A DNA stretch of 45,571 nt from positions 1 to 45,571 of the IMG/VR virus record IMGVR_UViG_3300045988_182896. One strand, given 5' to 3'. The stretch comes from a virus. Position numbers and translations under genes: made by a program. Below the pieces are notes generated by a model. The model saw only the letters and a list, made by a program, of their open reading frames with translations, did not search any database and was not told the origin of the DNA. Positions 1 to 7,138 of the stretch are shown here, one piece after another. How positions within the stretch are numbered: position 1 is the stretch's first letter; each line of letters opens with the position of its first letter.

Positions 1-89
1 ATTTTTTTTGCAACTTTGATGAATTCTTCTATTTTATTTGCATTATTTGCAGCCTGCACTGTTCCGTCGAAAAATGGAATTGTTTTTGG
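1..89. repeat. Terminal direct repeat, copy 1 (identical to 45483..45571)
   Basis: Read by eye: attttttttgcaactttgatgaattc...aatggaattgtttttgg is present at both window ends, 89/89 identical. It lies inside a coding region. Confidence 0.95.
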
Positions 90-782
90 CTCTACTACGC
101 TTTCTATAGATTTTAGAAGGTCCCAGTGATAATCGTAAACATGTAACGAAGTTGGGCAATGAATATAATATCCAACATCTACGCCTATCTCATTGGCTAC
201 AATTTGTTGTAGTGCTGTGAAAACAAATAAATCATATTGCAGCCCCCAAATCAAATCATTGCTGCGCATGTAAGTTGTCAAGTTCAATTTATCATTACGA
301 ATCATGAAATGCAAATTCAATGTACATGGTACATCTTTTGTTTCATCCTCTATACCAAAGTGTGTATCATAAATTCTAATCACAGCTTGCCTTGTATCTT
401 TATCGGATTTCAATTTATCGCAAAGTTGTTGAATATGCGGTGCTATATATTGACCATAAGCTGAATTTATCGTTACACCATCATCACTATATTTATCCAT
501 TGTTTTGTTGAAAAATGAAAAATCACATACATTTGCTTTATCACTAAATAACTTATATGACTCAACTAATGCATAAATCAGACTAAATTTTCGTTTTTCA
601 CTATAAAACAAATTTCGTTTTGGGTCTGTAAGAATAATTGTTGGGTTAATTAGTTCCAACGTTTTGCCAATTCTACTTTCTACTTCATTGGCATTTGTCA
701 ATATTGCATCTCTAATTTCCATAAATATTTTTGCCCAACTATTACCTTTAAAAATGTTACCATAACATTTTAAATTTTCCAT
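1..782 (-). CDS. ThyA-superfamily dCMP hydroxymethylase-like enzyme (T4 gp42-like), N-terminal 260 codons. The ORF runs off the window start and continues at 45571..45284 (326 aa in total on the circle).
   Basis: Hand translation from ATG 782..780 (SD GAGAGGA upstream) is open down to position 3, and I checked every in-frame triplet for stops. Motifs RQAVIRIYD, DVPCTLNLHF, MRSNDLIWGLQYD and TSLHVY match recalled T4 gp42 motifs RRGIMIY, FMCTNTVQY, MRSNDVVFGFRNDY and GSLHVY. Confidence 0.75.
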   Translation of the reverse strand, partial: MENLKCYGNIFKGNSWAKIFMEIRDAILTNANEVESRIGKTLELINPTIILTDPKRNLFYSEKRKFSLIYALVESYKLFSDKANVCDFSFFNKTMDKYSDDGVTINSAYGQYIAPHIQQLCDKLKSDKDTRQAVIRIYDTHFGIEDETKDVPCTLNLHFMIRNDKLNLTTYMRSNDLIWGLQYDLFVFTALQQIVANEIGVDVGYYIHCPTSLHVYDYHWDLLKSIESVVEPKTIPFFDGTVQAANNANKIEEFIKVAKK

Positions 783-866
783 TATAACTATCCTCTCATT
801 TAATCTGGGATTGTCAGATTTATTTTCGCATAAAAGACTTATAATTATATTACTTTGTAATAAGGC

Positions 867-2003
867 CTACTGTATTAACTCCAGGACATTATTAACAAAA
901 TATTTTGCGTCCATAAACTTTAAATGCTTACGCATAAGTTGTATTGCATCTTTACGCTCTTTTGGGTGCTTTAGCATATATTCACCAATGGCTCTTACTT
1001 CATCTTTGTTATGAACAACTATAATATCCTTGAGCTCATCAGGAACATATTTTCCAATTACATCATCACCAAATTCCTCAATAAATAACGGCAAGCAACC
1101 GTAAAATACAGCCTCTATTAGTCTTGCCGTCACAAAGCCCTCTTTACAATATTCACGTTTTGCTAAAAGTGGTGTAACTGCACACTTTGAATAAGCCGTG
1201 TACATGTCTGCAGTTTGTAGTCTTCTCTTAAATTTTAAGTTTGGCCAAACTTCATTGCTATTTCTACCACTTTCCAGCCAATTACCATGAACAATAGATT
1301 TATCGGGTAAATATTTATTTATACACCAATCCCTCTCATATCTGTTTCCTACATATATAACAGCATCTCTTGGTCTTTTTATTTTAAAATCATTTATATG
1401 CAAGAAATCAAATGGTATCTCAATCCTTCTTGAAACAACACTTTCTTCCTTGCTCCATTTGTTACCAAGCTCAATTACATATTTAATATTGTTTCTGTAA
1501 ATATCCCCAATTGTCATTTTGTAATCTAAATCAAAAATAACGACTGGAATATTATGCTCATTTGCATATTGAATTAGGCTCCTACATATCACTAAATCTG
1601 GTTGCCAATCATCACCATAATCAACATCAATATTTCTACCTGGTATAGGCCATCTCCATTCTATAAGCATCATGTCTAAATCTGGCATATTTTCTAGTGT
1701 TACATAACCTTGTGTATCTCCTGCCGGTTTAAAAGCCATTATTTTTGCACTCTTGTCCATGCAATTATATGCAAACCTTCTATCCCTTTCACACCATGCA
1801 GAAAACATATTCTTACTGTCAAATTTAGCACAATTTATATCCCTATCTACTGTCAAACAGTGTACTTTATGGCCAGCATCAATAAATCCTTTTATAATAG
1901 TCCACGAATAAAAGGCATTGCCATCTGGTGTGCTTATCTGTCTACCATTGGCGTTATATTTTCTATCACCAAGGAAACCCCAATAAAAATAACCGACTTT
2001 CAT
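867..2003 (-). CDS. T4 beta-glucosyltransferase-like DNA glycosyltransferase (GT-B fold), 378 aa
   Basis: ORF track. AVIYVGNRYERDWCINKYL and VTARLIEAVFYGCLPLFIEEFG resemble recalled T4 BGT segments DVIYGGSFRSGQRESKMVEFL and ITLRVWETMASDAVMLIDEEFD. The N-terminus MKVGYFYWG resembles MKIAIINMG. Its start overlaps the upstream kinase stop (ATGA). Confidence 0.6.
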   Translation of the reverse strand: MKVGYFYWGFLGDRKYNANGRQISTPDGNAFYSWTIIKGFIDAGHKVHCLTVDRDINCAKFDSKNMFSAWCERDRRFAYNCMDKSAKIMAFKPAGDTQGYVTLENMPDLDMMLIEWRWPIPGRNIDVDYGDDWQPDLVICRSLIQYANEHNIPVVIFDLDYKMTIGDIYRNNIKYVIELGNKWSKEESVVSRRIEIPFDFLHINDFKIKRPRDAVIYVGNRYERDWCINKYLPDKSIVHGNWLESGRNSNEVWPNLKFKRRLQTADMYTAYSKCAVTPLLAKREYCKEGFVTARLIEAVFYGCLPLFIEEFGDDVIGKYVPDELKDIIVVHNKDEVRAIGEYMLKHPKERKDAIQLMRKHLKFMDAKYFVNNVLELIQ

Positions 2004-2551
2004 ATGCTAACCTTACCTTCCGTAAAAACTATTTTTTTATTTTGACCAATCCCTACACCAATCCACTCATGTACCCTAGACAAATCAACACTTGATATGT
2101 CTATTGTCATGCTATCTAATTTGCTTCTTTTAACTTCACTTTCAAATTTATTTTGTATATCATCCAAATATTCTTTCATTTTTTCATCTTCACAGTATTC
2201 TCTTTTTAATAACATCAACTTTGTGCCGTTTGGTATTCTTTCTTCTATTTCATCATTTACAGCCCTTAAACATTCTATATATGTTTTACCACAAACAAGC
2301 GGTGACATACTCCTATATACCATTTCCGTTATATGAAATCTATCAACAACAATATTTGTCTGTTCCGATAATGCTTTCAGAACCTCTATTTGTGAAATCA
2401 TTGATGTTCTATATTGATTTAATCTTTCGAAATGTTCTTCACCAATCAAATTACACCCTGTATCTTTGAAGTAACACCAACCATTATTTTTCAAATGCCT
2501 AGCAAACGTTGTTTTACCTACACGATTTGAGCCTTCTAAAATTAAAAGCAT
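2000..2551 (-). CDS. Thymidylate-kinase-like P-loop dNMP kinase, 183 aa
   Basis: Walker A LEGSNRVGKTT and a DRFHITEMVY motif (Tmk-like DRY..S..AY). It lies between the NTP pyrophosphatase and the GT. Confidence 0.6.
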   Translation of the reverse strand: MLLILEGSNRVGKTTFARHLKNNGWCYFKDTGCNLIGEEHFERLNQYRTSMISQIEVLKALSEQTNIVVDRFHITEMVYRSMSPLVCGKTYIECLRAVNDEIEERIPNGTKLMLLKREYCEDEKMKEYLDDIQNKFESEVKRSKLDSMTIDISSVDLSRVHEWIGVGIGQNKKIVFTEGKVSI

Positions 2552-2570
2552 ATTTTCCTCCTAAAAGTTG

Positions 2571-2601
2571 GCGCCTAAAATCCAAACAGGAAAATAGGCG
2601 C
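2571..2601 (-). other. Intergenic hairpin (7-bp GC-rich stem GCGCCTA/TAGGCGC, 17-nt loop) between the dCTPase-like and kinase genes
   Basis: Inverted repeat read directly. On the minus strand it is followed by CAACTTTTAGGAGG and the kinase ATG. Confidence 0.35.
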
Positions 2602-2613
2602 ACTTTCTATTCA

Positions 2614-2994
2614 TTATTCATTTTTTAATATTTGCCTTTTTATGTTGCGAATATTTTTTTCTTTAAACGCTTCAACAAATTCCTCGTAAGAAAATCCTGA
2701 ATACAATACTGCATTTATCAAGAAGTGCATTGCATCCACAAGTTCATCCAATTTATCAGCATTATTATTTTTTTCTTTCCTTTTACCACCAATTAACACT
2801 TTCCAGCGATTATCAGTTTGTATAGCCTCACAAAGTTCTACTATACAAGCTGTAGTCTGCAAATAAAATTTATCTGGTAAATCTTCAGGAACATCAATAC
2901 CACATGCTAACTTTTGAAATGAAATCTGCTTTTCGAACATTTCTCTAAGTACATCATTTTCTACGCTTTTTCTGCTTTCTTCTTGGCTCATCAT
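2614..2994 (-). CDS. All-alpha NTP pyrophosphohydrolase, T4 gp56 (dCTPase/dUTPase)-like
   Basis: C-terminal KLDELVDAMHFLINAVLYSGFSYEEFVEAFKEKNIRNIKRQ resembles recalled gp56 EIKFELVDIFHFVLNMFVGLGMNAEEIFKLYYLKNKENFARQ. I moved the start to ATG 2994 (SD-like GAGGA upstream). The 3036 start in the track reads through the antisense frame of the SSB acidic tail. Confidence 0.6.
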   Translation of the reverse strand: MMSQEESRKSVENDVLREMFEKQISFQKLACGIDVPEDLPDKFYLQTTACIVELCEAIQTDNRWKVLIGGKRKEKNNNADKLDELVDAMHFLINAVLYSGFSYEEFVEAFKEKNIRNIKRQILKNE

Positions 2995-3751
2995 CTTCAT
3001 CCTCATCATCTTCATCTTCGTCTTCGTCTTCATCATCTAAATCTTCATCAAAGTCGTCTTCATCTTCGTCATCGTCATCATCATAATCGAATGGAATATC
3101 ATCATCATCCTCATCTTCATCATCTTCAACAACGCGTCTCTTACTCTTTTTACTTGAGGTTTTCTTTTTATTCTTCTTTCTTACCTCTCTCTCTTCATCC
3201 TCATCATCTAAATCTTCAGCATCAAGGTCATCATAAGGAAAAGCTTCAAGCAACATTTTCAAAACTTTTTTCTTTGAATAAGCGTTCTCATCAAGCCTAA
3301 ATCTTTTTTTATCCATTGGAACAACAGAATAATTCGTTTCTGTACCAGAACCATTTCGCTGGATAACAAAATCTCTATCGCAAATCGTTCCATACGTTTC
3401 ATACATAGACACTAATGCTGGAATTGGCGAACATTTGTTTGCCTTGAACACGAACAATTCTTTTCTTTTTGTTTCATAGTTCCAAATAGTCCATACAAAA
3501 TTGCTTGTCGTTCTTGCCTCAGGATTCTTACAATTTGGGCATTTTTCACCATAATATGTGAGACATGGGTGGTTAAATTCTCCCCATTTATCGTGGAAGT
3601 CAACTTGAAAACCTTCCTCCATATCTTGCAAGAATCTAACACGCACTTTATTGCCCGCCTTCACATAAAAAACAGCACTTTTCTTATTGCCAGAATTTGC
3701 TATTTTTGTTTTCATGATTTCAACGAGCGATTTTGAACTTTCTTTTGCCAT
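2954..3751 (-). CDS. Single-stranded DNA-binding protein with a Zn-ribbon (gp32-like architecture) and a very long acidic tail, 265 aa
   Basis: HPCLTYYGEKCPNC is a His/Cys3 candidate Zn site. The C-terminal ~90 aa are poly-D/E and contain DDDDIPF. SD GGAGGT precedes ATG 3751. The gene sits next to the primase. Confidence 0.5.
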   Translation of the reverse strand: MAKESSKSLVEIMKTKIANSGNKKSAVFYVKAGNKVRVRFLQDMEEGFQVDFHDKWGEFNHPCLTYYGEKCPNCKNPEARTTSNFVWTIWNYETKRKELFVFKANKCSPIPALVSMYETYGTICDRDFVIQRNGSGTETNYSVVPMDKKRFRLDENAYSKKKVLKMLLEAFPYDDLDAEDLDDEDEEREVRKKNKKKTSSKKSKRRVVEDDEDEDDDDIPFDYDDDDDEDEDDFDEDLDDEDEDEDEDDEDEDDEPRRKQKKRRK

Positions 3752-3757
3752 CTATTT

Positions 3758-4702
3758 TTACCTCCAATTTTTATATAGCACTTGATTGTCTTTCTTTCTT
3801 ACCTCTTCAACAGTTTGTTTCCAAGCTTTTCTAAAATCGTAAATGTCTAAATCTCCTGGGTCTTTTACGGTGTCTGGAAATCTAAACCTTACTACATCAA
3901 AGTATTGCCTTAACTCTCTTGTACCAGCCCTTCCTGTTTTTGTATTGTCTAAAGCCGATATTACACAATCTGTATGCTTTAACAGCTTTTCAACTTGATT
4001 TTGTGTTATCTTCCACCCTAAGATTGCACAACAATTATTTATTCCAAATTCTTTGAATTTTAACCAATCCATATAACCTTCACATATTACAGCCCAATCT
4101 CTATCGTAATCACCAACAATAGTTTTTCTTCTGCTAAATCCTTTGCTATAAAGATATTTTCTTTTTGATTCAACCTCTTTGTTTGTTGCTCTGCAAACAT
4201 ACCCTTTAAATCTACCCATATCAAGCATTGGCATTATTACTCCATAATTATTATTGGGATTTATTCTTGCATCCACTTTTTTTAATGTTTCTGGCGAAAA
4301 ACCTCTATCGTAAAGATATGATTTTTTTATATACTCCCAACTTGGTTTTGGTAAACTATAAAAATATGCTTTTGCTATTCTTAAAAGTTCTTTGTCGTCC
4401 AATATTTCCTGTTTTGGCAATTCTATTCTTTTTAAATTTTGTGATATTTTCCCACGCAAAATTCTCTCAAGAACAATATAAGCATGCAAATCATCACATT
4501 CTTCCATTCTTTTTACGAAATCTTTTGCATCACCATATACTCCACAACCATAACAATAAAATCTATTTTTGTCTATGTCTACTTGTAATGAGGCATTAAC
4601 ATCACCATGGAATGGACAAATTATTTTAAATATGCCAGATATGTTCTCGAAATCAACTAGCCCATAATGAAGCAATACTGACAGTAATTCATTATTTTGC
4701 AT
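3758..4702 (-). CDS. dnaG: DNA primase (DnaG-type CHC2 zinc finger + TOPRIM), 314 aa
   Basis: ICPFHGDVNASLQVDIDKNRFYCYGCGVYGDAKDF is a CHC2 finger. VICEGYMDWLKF and ALDNTKTGRAGT are TOPRIM-like motifs. Confidence 0.85.
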   Translation of the reverse strand: MQNNELLSVLLHYGLVDFENISGIFKIICPFHGDVNASLQVDIDKNRFYCYGCGVYGDAKDFVKRMEECDDLHAYIVLERILRGKISQNLKRIELPKQEILDDKELLRIAKAYFYSLPKPSWEYIKKSYLYDRGFSPETLKKVDARINPNNNYGVIMPMLDMGRFKGYVCRATNKEVESKRKYLYSKGFSRRKTIVGDYDRDWAVICEGYMDWLKFKEFGINNCCAILGWKITQNQVEKLLKHTDCVISALDNTKTGRAGTRELRQYFDVVRFRFPDTVKDPGDLDIYDFRKAWKQTVEEVRKKDNQVLYKNWR

Positions 4703-4703
4703 A

Positions 4704-5192
4704 TCATTTACTAACCCTAGATATTCTTACCTGCAAGCTCTCTTTTGCCGAATAACAGCCTTTTAAATCTTTATTCGTAACAATACCACATCTAAGTGCA
4801 TCAGAAATTCTATCACTATTTGGATTATATTTTACTGTGATAAATCGCCTTAAAAACTGCTTCAACTCTGGCATTTCTCTTAGCAATTCTTGTAATTCTT
4901 CCTCATTAACTAAATATTCTTTGTCACATAATACCTTCAGCATTTTTTTACTAAATTTTTCTTCCATTTTTTCAACAAAGAATACAACACGAGTCTGATT
5001 TACAACTTTAACTTTTATTTTTTTGTCAAAATCATCATCGACCAAAATTTCATCTTCAGCTGTTGCATAATAATATGCTTCAACCTTTTTCTTTAACTCA
5101 TCATTATCGGCGCTTAACCTTTCTATTTCTCTTTTATTGCTATCAAGCCGTTTAACTATTTTTGAGATTGCTGTCTTTGAGAATGTTTGCAT
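4704..5192 (-). CDS. Hypothetical protein, 162 aa (N-terminal coiled coil)
   Basis: ORF track. It abuts the primase start (stop at 4704, ATG at 4702). Confidence 0.55.
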   Translation of the reverse strand: MQTFSKTAISKIVKRLDSNKREIERLSADNDELKKKVEAYYYATAEDEILVDDDFDKKIKVKVVNQTRVVFFVEKMEEKFSKKMLKVLCDKEYLVNEEELQELLREMPELKQFLRRFITVKYNPNSDRISDALRCGIVTNKDLKGCYSAKESLQVRISRVSK

Positions 5193-5361
5193 TTTTATCT
5201 ACCTCGCTTTCAGCTTTAGCTGAAACTTCTTTTAAAACTTCCAATGCCGCTATTACCGAATTAAAATCATCTTGCGTTATATTACCATCAATCATCTCTT
5301 TGCCAAACCTTGTTCTCATATCTTCAGTAACAGCATTTATTCTCTTGTAAATTCTTACCAT
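5152..5361 (-). CDS. Hypothetical protein, 69 aa
   Basis: The ORF in the track starts at 5400. I prefer ATG 5361, which is preceded by GAGGTGAG and overlaps the upstream stop (ATGGTAA). Confidence 0.5.
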   Translation of the reverse strand: MVRIYKRINAVTEDMRTRFGKEMIDGNITQDDFNSVIAALEVLKEVSAKAESEVDKNANILKDSNLKNS

Positions 5362-5591
5362 ATTCTCACCTCTTTTAGTTGTCCTACTTTCACTAAACAT
5401 TGCAGAAATGTAAATGCATCTTTATAGTTTATTGTTTTTCCAAAATACATCTCACATCTTCTTGCAACATCTCTCATATATGCTTTTTTAGATTTTGGTC
5501 GTTTAACACAGCAACTCATCAAATATTCAACAGCTTCATCAAAACTATTAACAACTACTCTTTCTTTATTCGAAACCACAATCTCTATCAT
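5355..5591 (-). CDS. Hypothetical protein, 78 aa
   Basis: ORF track. Its start is coupled to the upstream small ORF (TAAAATG). Confidence 0.5.
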   Translation of the reverse strand: MIEIVVSNKERVVVNSFDEAVEYLMSCCVKRPKSKKAYMRDVARRCEMYFGKTINYKDAFTFLQCLVKVGQLKEVRIW

Positions 5592-5592
5592 T

Positions 5593-5682
5593 TTATGTAG
5601 CCTCCAATTTTATTTTCTTTTTATAAAATTTTACAACAAATTCTAATCCAAAAGTTATTTCTTTGTCAAAAATTGTTTCCAT
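5593..5682 (-). CDS. Small ORF, 29 aa (METIFDKEITFGLEFVVKFYKKKIKLEAT)
   Basis: Hand-translated and below the track size cutoff. Strong SD GAGGAG lies 8 nt upstream. It is the first ORF after promoter A. Confidence 0.35.
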   Translation of the reverse strand: METIFDKEITFGLEFVVKFYKKKIKLEAT

Positions 5683-5729
5683 GATATTTTCTCCTCTTCA
5701 CTTTAGTGTTCAGTTTTTATCATGGTTCT

Positions 5730-5758
5730 ATTATAACACATTTTTAGAAAAATGTACA
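5730..5758 (-). promoter_or_regulatory. Promoter A of the conserved family: -35 TGTACA (5758..5753), 17-nt spacer, TGT-TATAAT (5738..5730)
   Basis: Minus strand reads TTTGAAAAAGTATGTACATTTTTCTAAAAATGTGTTATAATAGAA. A-tract UP-like sequence extends upstream to about 5790. Confidence 0.65.
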
Positions 5759-5777
5759 TACTTTTTCAAACTTTTTT

Positions 5778-6209
5778 TCAAAAAATTTTATTTTTTACCT
5801 CATCAAGTGCTTCATCAAATTGCTTTAAGCACATTCCATTTTCTATATACCCTTTTGCACATATGCATTTATATCTAGGTGACACTCTGGTGACATCAGA
5901 TATATATTGCTCGCACATAATATAAAATATTGCCATAACCATTTCGTTATCAATAGTTACACCTAATGACTTCCTATAATATAGTGTTGGATATCCTTCA
6001 TACATATCTAAATATTTTAAGTCATTTTCATCTATATCCCACAATAATACATCTAATACATCACCGTCTGATTTTAATAAAGTCAAATAACCCCTTCTAA
6101 AAAGCAATTTATAGCCATTTAGTTTTGCTACACCGATAATCTTTGCACTTGGGCATCTTGACCTCATTTGTTTGATATTTGTATTTGAACCATAAGCAGC
6201 ATAAATCAT
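5778..6209 (-). CDS. Gamma-glutamylcyclotransferase (GGCT)-like protein, 143 aa
   Basis: IYAAYGSNTNIKQMRSRCPSAKIIGVAKLNGYKLLF resembles the GGCT signature YFAYGSNL...R.P.A...A.L..F.L.F. LDMYEGYP supplies the candidate catalytic Glu. Confidence 0.65.
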   Translation of the reverse strand: MIYAAYGSNTNIKQMRSRCPSAKIIGVAKLNGYKLLFRRGYLTLLKSDGDVLDVLLWDIDENDLKYLDMYEGYPTLYYRKSLGVTIDNEMVMAIFYIMCEQYISDVTRVSPRYKCICAKGYIENGMCLKQFDEALDEVKNKIF

Positions 6210-6576
6210 TTTACTTCCTCCATTAAATATTCAGGTGCTAACAACAAATTTGCATTATATAGTCTAACCATATAATCACATGCATAACTTTCTCGTTTTT
6301 GAGTCAAGCAATATAGGTAAAGCGGGCAAGTTTTCTTTGTACAATTCAAAATTTACACCCCATCTCTTCTGGTAAGTATCATCAAAATTGCAAAACTAGG
6401 AACCTCATCTGTGTCACCAAAATTTATATTTATGTCCAGTGCCTTAAACAAACTGTCTAAAACTTGATTTTTTATAAATCAGTTAATGCAATATCTGTAT
6501 CGACTTTAACACAAAAATTATTATCGCTTTTAGCCATAAATATACCAATTCTTGTATTAAATAACTCTACCACCAT
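6206..6576 (-). pseudogene. Apparently disrupted gene in three collinear fragments (34 + 41 + 48 codons), separated by one -1 frame change and one in-frame TAA
   Basis: Hand translation gives MVVELFNTRIGIFMAKSDNNFCVKVDTDIALTDL* (6576..6472). The -1 frame then gives FIKNQVLDSLFKALDININFGDTDEVPSFAILMILTRRDGV (6478..6356). An in-frame TAA follows at 6355..6353. The last fragment is ILNCTKKTCPLYLYCLTQKRESYACDYMVRLYNANLLLAPEYLMEEVK, ending ATGA-coupled to the GGCT start. Confidence 0.45.
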
Positions 6577-6586
6577 TTTTTATTAA

Positions 6587-6982
6587 CTACCTTTTTTCCC
6601 AATATCCATACAAACTCTTATACCCACTATCCCAAGTATCAAAATATATACCATTAACTGATGCCACAAGATGATGAGCTACTCTCAAGACATATATACC
6701 GTCATGATTATCTCTAGTGAACTCATAAACAGTCGGACGCTTTGTCCCTTTTCCGTTACTTATGCCATGATAAATGAATCCATTCATTTTTAAATAAGAT
6801 TCATAGCAAATTTTGCTATTTGGCATACATTGAAAATTCCTTGCAATAGGAACTAACTCATCAAAAATTTCCTGCCATTCTTTTCCAATAACCTTCGTCA
6901 AAGCTCTAATTACACAATCGCCATATTCATCTTTTATGTCTTTTTTATTTGGCTGATAGTATTGATAAATTTTATTCTTCAT
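6587..6982 (-). CDS. Hypothetical protein with a possible papain-like Cys/His arrangement, 131 aa
   Basis: Start moved to ATG 6982 (SD AAGGAG), because the 7060 start would overlap promoter B. GDCVIRAL and AHHLVASVNG..FDTWD suggest a Cys-His-Asp triad, which is only a weak inference. Confidence 0.45.
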   Translation of the reverse strand: MKNKIYQYYQPNKKDIKDEYGDCVIRALTKVIGKEWQEIFDELVPIARNFQCMPNSKICYESYLKMNGFIYHGISNGKGTKRPTVYEFTRDNHDGIYVLRVAHHLVASVNGIYFDTWDSGYKSLYGYWEKR

Positions 6983-7030
6983 ATTTTGTTTCTCCTTTTC
7001 ACTTATGTGTTTAGTTTTTATCGTGATTCT

Positions 7031-7059
7031 ATTATAACATAAAAGTTCTAAAAAGTACA
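7031..7059 (-). promoter_or_regulatory. Promoter B: -35 TGTACT (7059..7054), 17-nt spacer, TGT-TATAAT (7039..7031)
   Basis: Minus strand reads TTTGAAAAGTTCAAAAAAAGTGTGTACTTTTTAGAACTTTTATGTTATAATAGAA. Confidence 0.6.
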
Positions 7060-7100
7060 CACTTTTTTTGAACTTTTCAAACTTTTTTCAAAAATAAAAT

Positions 7101-7122
7101 GGCCCATTTTTTCAAATGGACC
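7101..7122 (-). terminator. Rho-independent terminator after the accessory cassette
   Basis: Minus strand reads GGTCCATTT-GAAA-AAATGGGCC (9-bp stem, one G.U) followed by ATTTTATTTTTG. Confidence 0.65.
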
Positions 7123-7138
7123 AAATCGCATAACCATT

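Noticed and set aside
1-89. Treating the 89-bp terminal repeat as a true physical direct terminal repeat
   Set aside because: It cannot be decided from sequence. The repeat lies in the middle of a gene, and the terminase is PBSX (headful) type, so an assembly overlap of a circularly permuted genome is the simpler reading.
2983-3300. His/Leu-rich 105-aa plus-strand ORF (HHLHLRLRLHH...)
   Set aside because: It is the antisense reading of the GAT/GAA repeats that encode the SSB acidic tail, so it is a repeat artefact.
3412-3642. 76-aa minus-strand ORF nested inside the SSB gene in another frame
   Set aside because: It is fully contained in a longer ORF that has clear SSB-like features. It has no independent signals.
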